Below, piece after piece: positions 33,690 through 46,999 of a DNA stretch of 53,126 nucleotides (position 1 is its first letter; each line of letters opens with the position of its first letter). The DNA lies in assembly GCA_031258895.1 (NCBI GenBank), contig JAIRMF010000079.1, positions 1 to 53,126 on the forward strand, written 5' to 3'. The DNA comes from Dysgonamonadaceae bacterium (GTDB lineage: Bacteria > Bacteroidota > Bacteroidia > Bacteroidales > Azobacteroidaceae). The notes under the pieces are model-generated. The model searched no databases. It had not been told where the DNA came from and saw nothing but the letters and a program-made list of their open reading frames with translations. Position numbers and translations under genes: made by a program.

Positions 33690-33762
33690 GCGGAAGTAGC
33701 TCAGTCGATAGAGCATTAGCCTTCCAAGCTGAGGGTCGCGGGTTTGAGTCCCGTCTTCCGCT
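33690..33762 (+). tRNA. tRNA-Gly(TCC)
   Basis: Acceptor GCGGAAG/CTTCCGC, CT-TCC-AA loop; atypical D and T loops (see findings). Confidence 0.92.
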
Positions 33763-33771
33763 CTCTCCGTC

Positions 33772-33843
<72 letters not shown>

Positions 33844-33949
33844 CAGAGGACGATTGAGAATGAGAAATGAAATGGTATTATTATAGTAAAGTTTTTCGGT
33901 ATCCGAAATCTAAAGAGTAAAAAATTATTCATCAAAAATAAAAAGCATT

Positions 33950-35137
33950 ATGGCAAAAGAACATTTTAACCGATCAAAACCCCATGTTAATATCGGTACG
34001 ATTGGTCACGTTGACCACGGTAAAACTACGCTGACGGCTGCTATCACTACCGTTCTGGCGAAACGGGGTCTCTCCGAAGTCCGTTCGTTTGATTCCATCG
34101 ACAACGCTCCGGAAGAAAAAGAACGCGGTATCACTATCAATACCGCTCACGTTGAATACGAAACGGCTAACCGTCACTACGCACACGTGGACTGCCCCGG
34201 TCACGCCGACTACGTAAAAAACATGGTGACAGGCGCCGCCCAAATGGATGGCGCTATCATCGTCGTGGCCGCTACCGACGGACCGATGCCTCAAACCCGC
34301 GAACATATACTGCTTGCGCGTCAGGTGAACGTTCCGAAACTTGTTGTCTTCATGAACAAAGTGGACATCGTTGATGATCCGGAAATGATTGAACTCGTCG
34401 AAATGGAGATGCGTGAACTGCTCGATTTTTACGAATTTGACGGTACAAAAACTCCTATCATTCAAGGCTCCGCGCTTGGTGCATTGAACGGCGACCCGAA
34501 ATGGGAAGAAAAAATTGTCGAACTCATGGATGCGGTCGATACATGGATTGATCTCCCTGTCCGTGACGTTGATAAACCGTTCCTGATGCCTGTCGAAGAT
34601 GTGTTTTCGATAACAGGCCGCGGTACCGTAGCGACGGGTCGTATCGAAACCGGTATCATCAAAACAAGTGAAGAAGTTCAAATTATAGGTCTCGGTTCGG
34701 ATGGAAGAAAATCGGTCGTTACCGGCGTAGAAATGTTCCGGAAGATACTTGACGAGGGACAGGCAGGCGACAATGTGGGTTTGCTCCTCCGCGGAATAGA
34801 TAAGGACGAGGTAAAACGCGGTATGGTTATCACTCACCCGGGTAAGGTTAAACCGCATACTTCTTTCAAATCCTCCGTTTATATCCTGAAAAAAGAAGAA
34901 GGCGGTAGACACACTCCGTTCCACAACAAGTACCGTCCACAATTCTATATCCGCACACTTGACGTTACAGGCGAAATCACACTGCCGGAGGGAACTGAAA
35001 TGGTTATGCCGGGTGACAACCTTGAAATCAGAGTTGACCTGATCTATCCCGTAGCATGCAGCGAAGGTCTTCGTTTCGCTATCCGTGAAGGCGGTCGTAC
35101 CGTGGGTTCCGGTCAGATTACAGAAATTATAGATTAA
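33950..35137 (+). CDS. tuf: elongation factor Tu
   Basis: [35 protein letters not shown]. Confidence 0.99.
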   Translation: MAKEHFNRSKPHVNIGTIGHVDHGKTTLTAAITTVLAKRGLSEVRSFDSIDNAPEEKERGITINTAHVEYETANRHYAHVDCPGHADYVKNMVTGAAQMDGAIIVVAATDGPMPQTREHILLARQVNVPKLVVFMNKVDIVDDPEMIELVEMEMRELLDFYEFDGTKTPIIQGSALGALNGDPKWEEKIVELMDAVDTWIDLPVRDVDKPFLMPVEDVFSITGRGTVATGRIETGIIKTSEEVQIIGLGSDGRKSVVTGVEMFRKILDEGQAGDNVGLLLRGIDKDEVKRGMVITHPGKVKPHTSFKSSVYILKKEEGGRHTPFHNKYRPQFYIRTLDVTGEITLPEGTEMVMPGDNLEIRVDLIYPVACSEGLRFAIREGGRTVGSGQITEIID

Positions 35138-35193
35138 AGTTAAAATTGATAGTTGAGAGTGAAATAGTTTTCAACTATCAATTTAACAAACAC

Positions 35194-35266
35194 ACGGGTT
35201 TAGCTCAGTTGGTAGAGCGACGGTCTCCAAAACCGTAAGTCGAGAGTTCAAGTCTTTCAACCCGTG
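35194..35266 (+). tRNA. tRNA-Trp(CCA)
   Basis: Acceptor ACGGGTT/AACCCGT, ACGGT-CT-CCA-AA-ACCGT; lies between tuf and secE. Confidence 0.95.
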
Positions 35267-35289
35267 CATAATAAAAAATTACGATCATC

Positions 35290-35493
35290 ATGGGTTTTTT
35301 TCGCAAAATAGGTGATTACTTTAAAGAGTCTTATAACGAGCTTGTACATAAGGTCCACTGGCCTACCCAGCAGGAATTGTCAAGTAGCACAATTGTGGTT
35401 ATGTCCGCTTCCCTTATCTTCGCGATTGTGATATTTGCAATAGACTTTGTGTTTGAAAGCGCCGTTAAGTTTTTTTACTCCAATATCTTTTAA
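35290..35493 (+). CDS. secE: preprotein translocase subunit SecE
   Basis: ELVHKVHWPT..EL followed by one TM helix; upstream of nusG. Confidence 0.93.
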   Translation: MGFFRKIGDYFKESYNELVHKVHWPTQQELSSSTIVVMSASLIFAIVIFAIDFVFESAVKFFYSNIF

Positions 35494-35503
35494 TTAGGCA
35501 ATA

Positions 35504-36052
35504 ATGTCGGAAGAAATAAAAGAAAAAAAATTTTACGTTCTGCGAGCCATCAGTGGTAAGGAGAATAAAGTAAAGGAGTATCTTGAAGTAAACCTCAGAC
35601 AGTCGGAATTGAAAGATTATATATCCCAAGTTCTGATTCCTACGGAAAAAGTTGTGCAGCAACGGGTCGGAAAGAAGGTAATCAAAGAACGTGCCTATCT
35701 TCCCGGCTATATAATTGTAGAATGTATCCTTGTAGGTGAAGTCTTTCATTACCTGAAAAATATTAACTATGTTATCGGATTCCTCGGTGGAAATGATCCT
35801 CAGCCACTGAAATCGTCGGAAGTGGCCCGAATACTCGGCAAAGTCGATGAGTTGCAGGATCAGCCGGAAGAACTTGATGTTCAGTTTATGGTTGGAGAAA
35901 CGATAAAAGTTATAACGGGTCCGTTCAGTGGTTTCTTTGGTGAAATTAAAGAAGTCAATCCCGAAAAACGGAAAATGACGGCGATTGTGAAAATATTTGG
36001 TCGTGGGGCACTCATAGAGTTGGGCTATTTACAGGTTGAGAAAGAGGCTTAG
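35504..36052 (+). CDS. nusG: transcription termination/antitermination factor NusG
   Basis: YVLRAISGKE.KV, LPGYI, KOW motif GPFSGF.G, VKIFGR. Confidence 0.96.
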   Translation: MSEEIKEKKFYVLRAISGKENKVKEYLEVNLRQSELKDYISQVLIPTEKVVQQRVGKKVIKERAYLPGYIIVECILVGEVFHYLKNINYVIGFLGGNDPQPLKSSEVARILGKVDELQDQPEELDVQFMVGETIKVITGPFSGFFGEIKEVNPEKRKMTAIVKIFGRGALIELGYLQVEKEA

Positions 36053-36127
36053 GAGATTAGGTTACGATAATCGACGACGGTCGTTTTTCTCGTTTTTTGT
36101 GTTGATTAACTAAATTATTTTTATAAG

Positions 36128-36568
36128 ATGGCAAAAGAAATTGCTGGACAATTAAAGTTACAGATTAAAGGTGGAGCTGCAAATCCTTCGCCGCCTATAG
36201 GGCCTGCGTTGGGTTCGAAAGGTATCAATATTATGGAGTTCTGCAAGCAATTTAATGCCAGAACCCAGGAGAAGGCAGGGAAGATATTGCCTGTGGTAAT
36301 TACCTATTATGCCGATAAGTCGTTTGATTTTGTTGTCAAAAATCCGCCTGTTGCTGTCCAATTGTTGGAAGCGAGCAAGCAGAAAAACGGTTCGGCCGAA
36401 CCTAACCGCCGCAAAATTGCTGAAATAACGGAGGAACAAGTGAAGGCTATAGCGGAAGACAAAATGAACGATCTTAACTGTTTTACCGTCGATTCCGCTA
36501 CACGCATGGTAGCTGGTACGGCCCGTAGTATGGGTATAACCATCAAAGAGAATTCTCTTGCTAATTAA
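36128..36568 (+). CDS. rplK: 50S ribosomal protein L11
   Basis: [33 protein letters not shown]. Confidence 0.98.
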   Translation: MAKEIAGQLKLQIKGGAANPSPPIGPALGSKGINIMEFCKQFNARTQEKAGKILPVVITYYADKSFDFVVKNPPVAVQLLEASKQKNGSAEPNRRKIAEITEEQVKAIAEDKMNDLNCFTVDSATRMVAGTARSMGITIKENSLAN

Positions 36569-36585
36569 TTTAACCGCTTGGAGAT

Positions 36586-37284
36586 ATGAGTAAACTTACA
36601 AAAAATCAGAAGTTGGCTTTAAACAAGTTTGAAGCAGGAAAAATATATACGCTGAAAGAAGCATCGACGTTGGTGAAAGAAATAACCACCACCAAATTCG
36701 ATGCATCAGTCGATATAGACGTTCGTCTCGGCGTTGACCCCCGTAAGGCAAACCAAATGGTGAGAGGCGTGGTTTCACTGCCTCATGGAACAGGGAAACA
36801 AGTCAGGGTTCTTGTGTTAACTAATCCGGATCAGGAAATGGCAGCTAAAGAAGCAGGCGCCGATTACGTTGGTCTTGATGAATATATCGAAAAAATCAAG
36901 AGTGGGTGGACCGATATCGATGTGATCATAACACATCCCGCGATTATGGGGAAAATCGGCGCTCTCGGTCGTATACTCGGCCCTCGAGGACTTATGCCCA
37001 ATCCCAAGAGCGGAACGGTTACCAACGATGTAGCGACCGCCGTTAAGGAAGTGAAACAAGGTAAGATTGACTTCAAAGTCGACAAAGTTGGCATAGTTCA
37101 CACTTCCATTGGTAAAATTTTCTTCACGCCGGAGCAAATTCACGACAACGCGAAGGAATTTATCAATGCTCTCGTTAAGCTCAAACCAGCAGCGTCTAAG
37201 GGTACCTATATGAAGAGTATTTTCCTTTCAAGCACGATGAGTCCGGGTCTGAAAATTGATCCTAAATCAGTAGATGAAATCTAA
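36586..37284 (+). CDS. rplA: 50S ribosomal protein L1
   Basis: KFDASV...[35 protein letters not shown]. Confidence 0.98.
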   Translation: MSKLTKNQKLALNKFEAGKIYTLKEASTLVKEITTTKFDASVDIDVRLGVDPRKANQMVRGVVSLPHGTGKQVRVLVLTNPDQEMAAKEAGADYVGLDEYIEKIKSGWTDIDVIITHPAIMGKIGALGRILGPRGLMPNPKSGTVTNDVATAVKEVKQGKIDFKVDKVGIVHTSIGKIFFTPEQIHDNAKEFINALVKLKPAASKGTYMKSIFLSSTMSPGLKIDPKSVDEI

Positions 37285-37302
37285 AAAAGAGAAATTTAAA
37301 GT

Positions 37303-37818
37303 ATGAAAAAGGAAGACAAATCGACCGTAATAGGACAAATTGCCGCTACTATCGGGGAATATCCCCACTTTTACCTGACCGATATTGCTACGTTAAATGC
37401 AAGCGATACGAGTAGCATTAGAAGGGAATGTTTCAAAGGGAATATTAAACTTGTTGTTGTAAAAAACACCTTGTTTAAAAAAGCTCTGGAACAGGTAGGA
37501 GGTGATTTCTCTCAACTCGACGTTGCACTGAAAGGTAACACGGCAGTCATGTTCTCAGATAACGCTAATGCCCCTGCAAAACTGATTAAGTCGTTTTCAA
37601 AAGGGAAAGATTTCCCTAAGTTGAAAGCAGCTTATGTTCAGGAAGGGTTCTACATAGGAGAGGAAAACCTCAATATCCTGATTTCCATCAAGAGTAAGAA
37701 AGAACTTATTGGCGATGTTATTGCACTATTGCAATCACCCGTCAAGAATGTCATCTCTGCTCTTTCTTCGGGTGGACAAACCATCCACGGCGTATTGAAA
37801 ACGCTTATTGACAGATAA
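37303..37818 (+). CDS. rplJ: 50S ribosomal protein L10
   Basis: VVKNTL, LKG.TA..F, SKKELIG.VI.LLQSP; position in the operon. Confidence 0.96.
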   Translation: MKKEDKSTVIGQIAATIGEYPHFYLTDIATLNASDTSSIRRECFKGNIKLVVVKNTLFKKALEQVGGDFSQLDVALKGNTAVMFSDNANAPAKLIKSFSKGKDFPKLKAAYVQEGFYIGEENLNILISIKSKKELIGDVIALLQSPVKNVISALSSGGQTIHGVLKTLIDR

Positions 37819-37854
37819 TTAAAAAATAAATTAAAAATTAAAAATTTATACATC

Positions 37855-38238
37855 ATGGCAGATTTAAAAGCTTTTGCTGAACAATTAGTGAACCTAACCG
37901 TTAAAGAAGTTAACGAACTTACTGAAATTCTGAAAACAGAATATGGGATAGAACCTGCTGCAGCTACTGTTGCTGTCGCTGCTGGCGCTTCGGCCGGAGA
38001 TGCCGCTACCGAAGCGGCAGTCGAAAAAACGTCGTTTGACGTTGTACTCAAAAGTGTGGGTGCAAACAAATTGACTGTTGTTAAAGCTGTTAAGGAATTG
38101 ACTGGTCTTGGTCTGAAAGAAGCTAAAGATTTGGTTGACGGCGCACCGTCGGCAATCAAAGAAGGCATATCCAAAGACGAAGCCGAAGCTCTTAAAAAAT
38201 CGTTGGAAGAAGCCGGAGCAGAAATTGAACTCAAATAA
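37855..38238 (+). CDS. rplL: 50S ribosomal protein L7/L12
   Basis: Ala-rich hinge, [32 protein letters not shown]. Confidence 0.98.
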   Translation: MADLKAFAEQLVNLTVKEVNELTEILKTEYGIEPAAATVAVAAGASAGDAATEAAVEKTSFDVVLKSVGANKLTVVKAVKELTGLGLKEAKDLVDGAPSAIKEGISKDEAEALKKSLEEAGAEIELK

Positions 38239-38260
38239 TTATTTCTGTATCCCGTTTTTT

Positions 38261-38297
38261 GGTTAGGAATCTTCGCCAAGAAGATTCTTAACCTTTT
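38261..38297 (+). terminator. rplL-rpoB terminator/attenuator
   Basis: GGTTAGGAATCTTC / GAAGATTCTTAACC stem followed by TTTT. Confidence 0.75.
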
Positions 38298-38349
38298 GCG
38301 TGTTTTGTTAGATATAAGATATTTTCATCCCAAAATAATTTTACGATAA

Positions 38350-41300
38350 GTGTCTGCAAATATGAAAAAGACCAGTCAGAGAATTAACTTTGCTTCGGCA
38401 AAGAAACCGTATGATTATCCGGACTTCCTCGAAGTTCAGCTGAAATCATTTCAGGACTTCCTACAATTGGATACTCCCACCGAAAAGAGAAAAAACGAGG
38501 GATTGTACAGAGTGTTTGCCGAAAATTTTCCCATCTCGGATACACGAAATAATTTCGTACTCGAATTTCTTGATTATTATATCGATCCGCCTCGCTACAC
38601 AATTGAAGAATGCCTCGAACGTGGTTTGACTTACAACGTACCGATGAAAGCCAAACTGAAATTGTACTGCACCGATCCCGATCACGAAGACTTCGACACC
38701 GTAGTTCAAGACGTTTTCCTCGGGCCTATCCCATACATGACTAAAAAGGGAACTTTCGTCATTAACGGCGCGGAACGTGTGATTGTTTCCCAACTTCACC
38801 GTTCACCAGGAGTATTCTTCGGCCAAAGTCTCCACTCCAACGGTACTAAACTCTATTCCGCCAGAGTCATACCGTTCAAAGGCTCGTGGATAGAATTTGC
38901 AACCGACATAAACAACGTGATGTATGCTTATATCGACCGAAAGAAAAAATTGCCGGTTACAACCTTACTGCGCGCTATTGGATTTGAATCGGACAAGAAT
39001 ATCCTGGAAATATTCAACCTTGCTGAAGAAATAAAAGTAAACAATACCAATCTCAAAAAAGTTATTGGTCGCAAACTCGCCGCTCGTGTGCTGCGTACAT
39101 GGATAGAAGATTTTGTAGATGAGGATACGGGAGAAGTTGTTTCAATTGAACGAAATGAAGTGCTTATAGATCGCGAAACAATGATTCAACAGGAACATAT
39201 AAAGGCAATCATTGACTCAGGTGTACAAACCGTACTTCTCCACCGTGAAGACCAGAATTTATCGGATTACGCCATCATTTACAACACTTTACAGAAAGAT
39301 CCAACAAACTCCGAACGTGACGCCGTGATCTACATCTACCGTCAGTTGCGTAGTGCGGATCCTACCGATGATGCATCGGCACGTGAAGTGATTCAGAATC
39401 TATTCTTTTCGGAAAAACGTTATGATTTAGGCGAAGTAGGTCGTTACCGTATAAACAAAAAATTAGGTCTCACCACTTCAATGGAAGTGAAAGTGCTTAC
39501 TAAGGAAGATATTATAGAAATCATAAAGTACCTCATAGAACTGATTAATTCAAAGGCAAATGTAGATGACATCGATCATTTAAGTAATCGGCGCGTCCGC
39601 ACTGTAGGAGAACAGCTATATAATCAATTTGGTGTAGGTCTTGCACGTATGGCACGCACTATCCGCGAACGCATGAATGTTCGCGACAATGAGGTGTTTA
39701 CTCCTATCGATCTTATAAATGCAAAAACCATTTCATCGGTCATAAATTCTTTCTTCGGAACAAACCCGCTATCGCAATTTATGGACCAAACCAATCCTCT
39801 GGCGGAAATTACTAACAAACGCCGTATGTCTGCGCTAGGACCCGGTGGTCTTTCTCGTGAGCGAGCAGGATTCGAAGTCCGCGACGTGCATTATACTCAC
39901 TATGGGCGTCTTTGCCCAATTGAAACCCCTGAAGGTCCAAATATTGGCCTCATTTCCTCGCTCTGTGTTTATGCGAAAATAGACAAACTTGGATTTATTG
40001 AGACTCCTTATCGCAAAGTCAGCAACAAAAAAGTTGACCTTACCGAAGAAGGCATAGTGTATATGACGGCAGAGGAAGAAGAAGGCAAAATTATCGGACA
40101 AGGCAACGCACCTCTCGACGATGACGGATATTTTATCCGTCCCCGTGTTAAGGCTCGACGTGATACCGATTATCCTATTGTTACGCCTACGGAGGTAGAA
40201 CTGATGGACGTTTCGCCCACGCAAATAGCATCCATTGCCGCTTCTTTGATTCCGTTCCTCGAACATGATGACGCCAACCGAGCTTTGATGGGTTCAAACA
40301 TGATGAGACAGGCAGTTCCGTTACTTAATCCCGAAGCCCCAATTGTTGGTACCGGTATCGAAGATCAGTTGATAAAAGATTCGCGCACACAAATTGCAGC
40401 AGAAGGAGACGGTAAAGTAGTCTACGTTGATGCTACCCGAATCGAAATTGAGTATGATCGTACAGAAGAACAGGATTTTGTAAGTTTCGATTCTGCCGTG
40501 AAAGTTTACAATATTCCAAAATTCAGGAAAACCAATCAGAACACGACCATTGATTTACACCCTATAATCAGGAACGGAGAGCGGGTTGAAAAAGGTCAGA
40601 TACTTACAGAAGGTTATTCGTCTCAGAATGGAGAACTCGCACTCGGTAAAAACCTGAAAGTAGCGTTTATGCCTTGGAAAGGCTACAACTACGAAGATGC
40701 TATCGTAATCAGTGAGCGTGTTGTTCGCGAAGATATTTTTACTTCCATTCACATAGACGAATATATGCTCGAGGTGCGTGAAACCAAACGTGGCAATGAA
40801 GAATTGACTTCCGATATTCCAAATGTCAGTGAAGATGCTACTCGAAACCTTGACGAAAACGGTCTTATCTGCATCGGCGCTCGTGTTGAGCCTGGAGATA
40901 TACTTATTGGAAAAATTACTCCGAAGGGTGAATCAGACCCATCGCCAGAAGAAAAATTGCTCCGTGCCATTTTTGGGGAAAAAGCTGGCGATGTGAAAGA
41001 CGCATCTCTGAAAGCATCACCTTCTCTACGTGGTGTGGTCATAGGTCGTAGTCTCTTCTCGAAAGCAGGCGCTAGAAGCAAAGATAGGAAAAGCCGACTC
41101 TCAGAAAAGGCAAAACTACCACAACTCGACGAAATATTCGAGAAAAAAGTATCAGCACTTCGTGAAGTGCTAATAGACAAGATACTGAAGCTAACTGAAG
41201 GAAAGGTTTCGCAGGGAGTGAAGGATTATATGGGAGTTGAAATTATCACTAAGGGTACAAAATTTACCCGCGAAGAATTGAACAGAATTAATTTCAACGA

Positions 41301-42177
41301 AGTGCAGTTGTCTAAATGGACACTAGATCAAGCTAAAAATGCATTAATTCGCGACATAGTAATCAATTACCTGAAACGTTACAAAGAATACGACGCAGAA
41401 CTTCGCCGCCAGAAATTCGATTTGCAGATTGGCGACGAACTTCCTGCCGGTATAATTCAAATGGCGAAAGTTTACATTGCGAAGAAACGTAAACTGCAGG
41501 TTGGAGACAAGATGGCAGGACGTCACGGAAACAAAGGTATAGTCTCGCGTATCGTGCGGGACGAAGATATGCCTTTCCTTGAAGATGGGACTATAGTCGA
41601 TATAGTTCTCAATCCTCTTGGCGTGCCTTCTCGTATGAACCTCGGACAAATTTTTGAGACCGTATTAGGTTGGGCGGGACGTAATCTCGATCTAAATTTC
41701 GCCACACCAATCTTTGATGGAGCATCGCTTGACGATCTCAATGAATGGACAGACAAGGCAGGTATTCCACGATATGGTAAGACATACATCTATGACGGAC
41801 ACACCGGTGAACGTTTCGATCAACCGGCTACTGTAGGCGTGATTTATATGCTAAAACTCGGGCACATGGTGGATGACAAGATGCACGCACGCTCCATAGG
41901 CCCATACTCGCTTATTACACAACAGCCACTCGGTGGTAAGGCGCAGTTCGGTGGTCAGCGTTTTGGTGAAATGGAAGTGTGGGCGCTTGAAGCATTTGGG
42001 GCTTCATATATCTTGCAGGAAATTTTGACCATCAAATCGGATGATGTTATCGGTCGCTCGAAAGCTTATGAGGCGATCGTTAAAGGTGATCCGATGCCAT
42101 CTGCGGGTGTTCCCGAATCATTGAATGTACTGTTGCATGAAATGAGAGGACTTGGTTTAAGTATAACTTTTGATTAA
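38350..42177 (+). CDS. rpoB: RNA polymerase beta subunit (GTG start at 38350, or ATG at 38362)
   Basis: [61 protein letters not shown]. Confidence 0.99.
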   Translation: MSANMKKTSQRINFASAKKPYDYPDFLEVQLKSFQDFLQLDTPTEKRKNEGLYRVFAENFPISDTRNNFVLEFLDYYIDPPRYTIEECLERGLTYNVPMKAKLKLYCTDPDHEDFDTVVQDVFLGPIPYMTKKGTFVINGAERVIVSQLHRSPGVFFGQSLHSNGTKLYSARVIPFKGSWIEFATDINNVMYAYIDRKKKLPVTTLLRAIGFESDKNILEIFNLAEEIKVNNTNLKKVIGRKLAARVLRTWIEDFVDEDTGEVVSIERNEVLIDRETMIQQEHIKAIIDSGVQTVLLHREDQNLSDYAIIYNTLQKDPTNSERDAVIYIYRQLRSADPTDDASAREVIQNLFFSEKRYDLGEVGRYRINKKLGLTTSMEVKVLTKEDIIEIIKYLIELINSKANVDDIDHLSNRRVRTVGEQLYNQFGVGLARMARTIRERMNVRDNEVFTPIDLINAKTISSVINSFFGTNPLSQFMDQTNPLAEITNKRRMSALGPGGLSRERAGFEVRDVHYTHYGRLCPIETPEGPNIGLISSLCVYAKIDKLGFIETPYRKVSNKKVDLTEEGIVYMTAEEEEGKIIGQGNAPLDDDGYFIRPRVKARRDTDYPIVTPTEVELMDVSPTQIASIAASLIPFLEHDDANRALMGSNMMRQAVPLLNPEAPIVGTGIEDQLIKDSRTQIAAEGDGKVVYVDATRIEIEYDRTEEQDFVSFDSAVKVYNIPKFRKTNQNTTIDLHPIIRNGERVEKGQILTEGYSSQNGELALGKNLKVAFMPWKGYNYEDAIVISERVVREDIFTSIHIDEYMLEVRETKRGNEELTSDIPNVSEDATRNLDENGLICIGARVEPGDILIGKITPKGESDPSPEEKLLRAIFGEKAGDVKDASLKASPSLRGVVIGRSLFSKAGARSKDRKSRLSEKAKLPQLDEIFEKKVSALREVLIDKILKLTEGKVSQGVKDYMGVEIITKGTKFTREELNRINFNEVQLSKWTLDQAKNALIRDIVINYLKRYKEYDAELRRQKFDLQIGDELPAGIIQMAKVYIAKKRKLQVGDKMAGRHGNKGIVSRIVRDEDMPFLEDGTIVDIVLNPLGVPSRMNLGQIFETVLGWAGRNLDLNFATPIFDGASLDDLNEWTDKAGIPRYGKTYIYDGHTGERFDQPATVGVIYMLKLGHMVDDKMHARSIGPYSLITQQPLGGKAQFGGQRFGEMEVWALEAFGASYILQEILTIKSDDVIGRSKAYEAIVKGDPMPSAGVPESLNVLLHEMRGLGLSITFD

Positions 42178-42216
42178 GAATGTTTAAACATAGCAAGTAT
42201 TAAAGTCTTTAACTCC

Positions 42217-42253
42217 TCCAAAACACAGAGAGACAAAACTCTTGTGTTTTGGA
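42217..42253. terminator. long hairpin just after rpoB
   Basis: TCCAAAACACA(G)AGAG / CTCTTGTGTTTTGGA, extendable by TCTTTAA/TTAAAGA (42206-42262). Confidence 0.5.
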
Positions 42254-42644
42254 ATTTAAAGAGGCTGATTCTGATTGTTGTAAAGTAAAATTAAGAGTAT
42301 TTATTTCTAGATTAGTTCAAAAATTTACAGACAGTAGTTTTGGTGATATTTGCTTCAATGTGGACAAAGGTATATTGGCCCTTTGTCCGTTGAGAAAGAT
42401 GAATAGAAACAGTTTGATACAGGATTAAAAAAGAGCTATGATGATGTTCGAAAATCTGATGACAAGCGGTTCTCGTAATAATTTCTGATATGAATGTAGA
42501 AGACGGCCTGTTTGTCTCATGATTCACCAATTAAAAATTGAAACTGAGAGGTTAGATTGAGCTTTATTGATGTGAAATGTAAATCAGCGTAGATGTAACC
42601 TGTTGACTTCAAAGAAAAAATAAACAATAAAATATGTTTTGATT

Positions 42645-45600
42645 ATGGCGTTCAGAAAGGAAACTAAAGTAAAAAACAATTTTTCAAAGATAACTATTGG
42701 GCTTGCTTCGCCTGACGAGATTCTCGGATTGTCGAGCGGTGAGGTAACAAAGCCTGAAACGATTAATTATCGGACTTACAAGCCGGAACACGATGGTCTG
42801 TTCAGCGAACGCATTTTTGGACCCTGTCGTGATTACGAATGTCATTGTGGCAAGTACAAGCGTATTCGTTACAAAGGTATCGTGTGTGATCGTTGTGGAG
42901 TGGAAGTAACCGAAAAGAAGGTTCGCCGTGAACGTATGGGGCATATCAACCTTGTAGTGCCGGTAGCGCATATATGGTATTTCCGCTCGTTACCTAATAA
43001 AATAGGTTATTTACTCGGATTACCAACGAAAAAACTCGATTCGATAATATATTACGAACGCTATGTTGTAATTCAGCCGGGTCAGGTTACGGGTCATGAA
43101 AAATATGATCTGATCGAAGAAAACGAGTATTTGGAAATAATGGAGCACTTGCCGAAAGACAACCAGCTTTTGGATGACCGCGACCCTAACAAATTCATGG
43201 CAAAGATGGGAGCAGAGGCGATTTATGATCTCTTGGAAAGACTTGATCTTGACGAGCTCTCTTACGAACTGCGCCACAGAGCGTCAAACGACTCTTCGCA
43301 GCAGCGCAAACAAGAGGCCTTGAAACGTCTGCAAGTAGTTGAATCGTTCCGTAAATCGAAAGAACGCAACCGTCCGGAATGGATGATCGTAAAGGTAGTT
43401 CCTGTGATTCCTCCAGAACTGCGCCCTCTCGTTCCGCTCGATGGTGGACGCTTCGCAACATCTGATCTCAATGATCTATACCGTCGCGTGATTATCCGAA
43501 ATAACCGCTTGAAACGGTTGATTGAAATCAAGGCGCCTGACGTGATTTTGAGAAACGAAAAACGTATGTTGCAAGAATCGGTCGATTCGCTGTTTGACAA
43601 TTCACGCAAGTTGAGTGCAGTCAAAACTGATGCCAACCGGCCACTTAAATCGCTGTCCGACAGTTTAAAGGGCAAACAGGGGCGGTTCCGCCAAAACTTG
43701 CTGGGTAAACGTGTGGACTATTCTGCTCGCTCGGTTATTGTCGTCGGTCCTGAACTCAAAATGCATGAATGTGGTATCCCTAAAAATATGGCGGCCGAAC
43801 TCTATAAGCCATTTATAATTCGTAAACTGATTGACCGTGGTATAGTAAAGACCGTAAAATCGGCAAAGAAAATAGTTGACCGCAAAGAGCCTGTCGTCTG
43901 GGATATTCTCGAGTACGTTATAAAGGGACACCCTGTCTTACTTAATCGTGCACCGACTTTACACAGGCTTGGCATTCAGGCTTTCCAGCCAAAAATGATT
44001 GAAGGTAAGGCAATCCAACTCCACCCGCTTGCCTGTACGGCATTTAATGCCGATTTCGATGGTGACCAGATGGCAGTCCATCTTCCGCTTGGTAACGAGG
44101 CTGTTCTTGAAGCGCAAATGCTTATGCTCGCCTCGCATAATATTCTCAATCCTGCTAATGGTGCTCCTATTACAGTGCCTTCACAGGACATGGTTCTTGG
44201 TTTGTACTACATTACCAAACTGCGCGACGGTGCTCGCGGAGAAGGACTAAAATTCTACGGACCGGAAGAGGCTATCATTGCCTATAACGAAGGTCATGTG
44301 GACATTCACGCCAAAGTACAAATTATTGTAGATGATATAATTGATGGTAAACCGACAAGACGAATGGTTGAAACTTCCGTTGGTCGTATTATGATAAACG
44401 ATTTTGTTCCGAAAGAAGTTGGTTATCTCAATGTGGTTTTGTCTAAGAAATCACTTCGCGACATTATCGGGGTAGTTATCAAAACCTGCGGCGTGGCTCG
44501 TACCGCACAATTCTTAGACGATATTAAAGACCTCGGATATACAATGGCTTTCAAGGGTGGATTGTCATTCAATCTTGAAGACATCATCATTCCTGAGGAA
44601 AAGGAACAGTTAGTTGCAAAGGGTTACGAAGAGGTGGAGGATATCCTGAACAATTACAACATGGGTTTCATCACTTACAACGAGCGTTATAATCAGATTA
44701 TCGACGTATGGACAAAGGTAAACAATAACCTTGCCGATGTGTTGATAAAACAGTTAAGCACCGACGACCAAGGATTCAATTCCGTTTATATGATGCTTGA
44801 TTCGGGAGCACGCGGGTCGAAAGAGCAGATTCGTCAGTTGTCCGGTATGCGTGGGCTTATGAACAAACCGCAAAAGAGTGGTGCTGAAGGTGGTCAAACT
44901 ATCGAAAATCCCGTTCTATCTAACTTTAAGGAAGGTCTTTCGGTATTGGAGTACTTTATCTCGACTCACGGTGCACGTAAAGGTCTCGCAGACACGGCTT
45001 TGAAAACTGCTGATGCAGGTTATCTGACTCGCCGTCTGGTTGATGTGTCGCACGATGTTATCATCAACGAAGAAGATTGTGGCACGTTGCGCGGACTTGT
45101 GGCGACCGAACTGAAAAATAATGAAGAGACTGTCGTAACTCTCTATGAACGCATCTTGGGTCGTGTTTCCGTTCATGATATCCAACACCCGATTACGGGA
45201 GAAATCCTTGTAAATTCAGGAGAAGAAATCACGGAAGACATTGCCGATGCGATAGAGAAATCACCTATTGAGAGGGTGGAAATACGTTCGGTGTTGACCT
45301 GTGAATCGAAAAAAGGTGTTTGTGCGAAGTGCTACGGACGCAACCTTGCAACGGGTAGAATTGTACAAAAGGGCGAGGCTGTAGGAGTTATTGCGGCCCA
45401 ATCCATCGGTGAGCCTGGTACACAGTTGACCCTGCGTACTTTTCATGTGGGTGGTATTGCGTCAAATATCACTGCAGAAAACAGTGTTATATCGAAATAC
45501 GATGGTAATCTTGAGATCGACGAACTCCGCGCTATTGACTTGCAGGATGAATCAGGCAATCCTTATCAGATTGTGATTAGCCGTTTGTCGGAATTGCGCA

Positions 45601-46943
45601 TTATCGATCCGAACACTAAAATTGTACTTGCCTCGCATAATATCCCATACGCATCGAAACTCTATTTCAAGTCGGGGGACGTTGTGAAAAAGGGTGATAT
45701 GATTATTGAATGGAATCCGTTCAACGCCGTTATTGTATCTGAAGTTCAGGGGACCATCAAATTCGACAATCTTATCGAAAACGTTACCTACAAGGAGGAA
45801 TACGACGACAACACCGGTCTGCGCGAGAAAATCATCATAGAATCACGCGATCGAACCAAAGTACCTTCCGCTCAGATTATCGGCAAAGACGGTTCTGTAA
45901 TCGAAAAGACATACATTCTTCCGCTCGGGGCTCATGTGGTGAAGGAGGACGGAGACGATATAAAACTCGGCGAAGTGTTTGTAAAGATTCCGCGTGCTGT
46001 TGGTAAGACGGGTGACATCACCGGTGGTCTTCCTCGCGTTACTGAACTGTTTGAGGCTCGCAATCCGTCTAATCCGGCGGTAGTATCGGAAATAGACGGT
46101 GAAATCTCGTTCGGCAAAATAAAACGCGGCAACCGTGAAGTGATTGTTACCTCTAAGACAGGTGAATTTAAGACGTATCTCATTCCGTTTTCGAAGCAGA
46201 TACTTGTTCAGGAGAATGACTATGTGCGCGCCGGTACGCCTCTTTCCGATGGGGCCGTCACGCCATCCTATATTCTTGCAATCAACGGTCCGACGGCAGT
46301 TCAGGAGTATATTGTTAACGAGGTTCAGGATGTTTACCGGTTGCAGGGTGTGAAGATTAATGACAAACATTTCGAGGTCATTGTCCGTCAGATGATGCGT
46401 AAGGTAGAGATAATAGAGCCGGGCGACAGCCGATTCCTTGAACAGCAGTTGATAGATAAGCTTGACGTTGCCGAGGAGAACGATCGACTATGGGGAAAGA
46501 GAGTTGTCATCAGTGCGGGCGATTCGCCGAACTTAAAACCGGGCCAAATTGTTACGGCTCGCAAATTACGCGACGAGAACTCTATCCTAAAACGTCGGGA
46601 TATGAAATTAGTTGAGACGCGTGAAGCGATTCCCGCAACTGCGAATCAGGTATTGCAAGGAATTACCCGTGCAGCTCTTCAGACGACGAGTTTCATGTCG
46701 GCCGCTTCGTTTCAGGAAACGACGAAGGTTCTCAATGATGCTGCTATTAACGGAAAGATTGACTACCTTGAGGGCATGAAAGAGAACGTGATTTGTGGAC
46801 ACCTTATTCCTGCCGGCACGGGATTGAAGGAATACGGCAGGATCATTGTCGGCAGGCGCGAAGATATGGAGAAATCACAAGACCCCGACGACAATCCGAA
46901 AAGTCTTGTGGCGGCGATGTTGAAAAAGTCTGAAGTCAAATAG
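42645..46943 (+). CDS. rpoC: RNA polymerase beta-prime subunit; start placed at ATG 42645
   Basis: KPETINYRT, Zn finger C.CGKY...[37 protein letters not shown]. Confidence 0.99.
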   Translation: MAFRKETKVKNNFSKITIGLASPDEILGLSSGEVTKPETINYRTYKPEHDGLFSERIFGPCRDYECHCGKYKRIRYKGIVCDRCGVEVTEKKVRRERMGHINLVVPVAHIWYFRSLPNKIGYLLGLPTKKLDSIIYYERYVVIQPGQVTGHEKYDLIEENEYLEIMEHLPKDNQLLDDRDPNKFMAKMGAEAIYDLLERLDLDELSYELRHRASNDSSQQRKQEALKRLQVVESFRKSKERNRPEWMIVKVVPVIPPELRPLVPLDGGRFATSDLNDLYRRVIIRNNRLKRLIEIKAPDVILRNEKRMLQESVDSLFDNSRKLSAVKTDANRPLKSLSDSLKGKQGRFRQNLLGKRVDYSARSVIVVGPELKMHECGIPKNMAAELYKPFIIRKLIDRGIVKTVKSAKKIVDRKEPVVWDILEYVIKGHPVLLNRAPTLHRLGIQAFQPKMIEGKAIQLHPLACTAFNADFDGDQMAVHLPLGNEAVLEAQMLMLASHNILNPANGAPITVPSQDMVLGLYYITKLRDGARGEGLKFYGPEEAIIAYNEGHVDIHAKVQIIVDDIIDGKPTRRMVETSVGRIMINDFVPKEVGYLNVVLSKKSLRDIIGVVIKTCGVARTAQFLDDIKDLGYTMAFKGGLSFNLEDIIIPEEKEQLVAKGYEEVEDILNNYNMGFITYNERYNQIIDVWTKVNNNLADVLIKQLSTDDQGFNSVYMMLDSGARGSKEQIRQLSGMRGLMNKPQKSGAEGGQTIENPVLSNFKEGLSVLEYFISTHGARKGLADTALKTADAGYLTRRLVDVSHDVIINEEDCGTLRGLVATELKNNEETVVTLYERILGRVSVHDIQHPITGEILVNSGEEITEDIADAIEKSPIERVEIRSVLTCESKKGVCAKCYGRNLATGRIVQKGEAVGVIAAQSIGEPGTQLTLRTFHVGGIASNITAENSVISKYDGNLEIDELRAIDLQDESGNPYQIVISRLSELRIIDPNTKIVLASHNIPYASKLYFKSGDVVKKGDMIIEWNPFNAVIVSEVQGTIKFDNLIENVTYKEEYDDNTGLREKIIIESRDRTKVPSAQIIGKDGSVIEKTYILPLGAHVVKEDGDDIKLGEVFVKIPRAVGKTGDITGGLPRVTELFEARNPSNPAVVSEIDGEISFGKIKRGNREVIVTSKTGEFKTYLIPFSKQILVQENDYVRAGTPLSDGAVTPSYILAINGPTAVQEYIVNEVQDVYRLQGVKINDKHFEVIVRQMMRKVEIIEPGDSRFLEQQLIDKLDVAEENDRLWGKRVVISAGDSPNLKPGQIVTARKLRDENSILKRRDMKLVETREAIPATANQVLQGITRAALQTTSFMSAASFQETTKVLNDAAINGKIDYLEGMKENVICGHLIPAGTGLKEYGRIIVGRREDMEKSQDPDDNPKSLVAAMLKKSEVK

Positions 46944-46999
46944 TAGCCATATCGGTTGATGACGGGTTTAATATAAAAGACAGATTTTACACCCTAAGT

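Noticed and set aside
33974-34942. 322-aa antisense ORF within tuf, and antisense ORFs in rplL, rpoB and rpoC
   Set aside because: Typical shadow ORFs caused by the codon bias of highly expressed genes.
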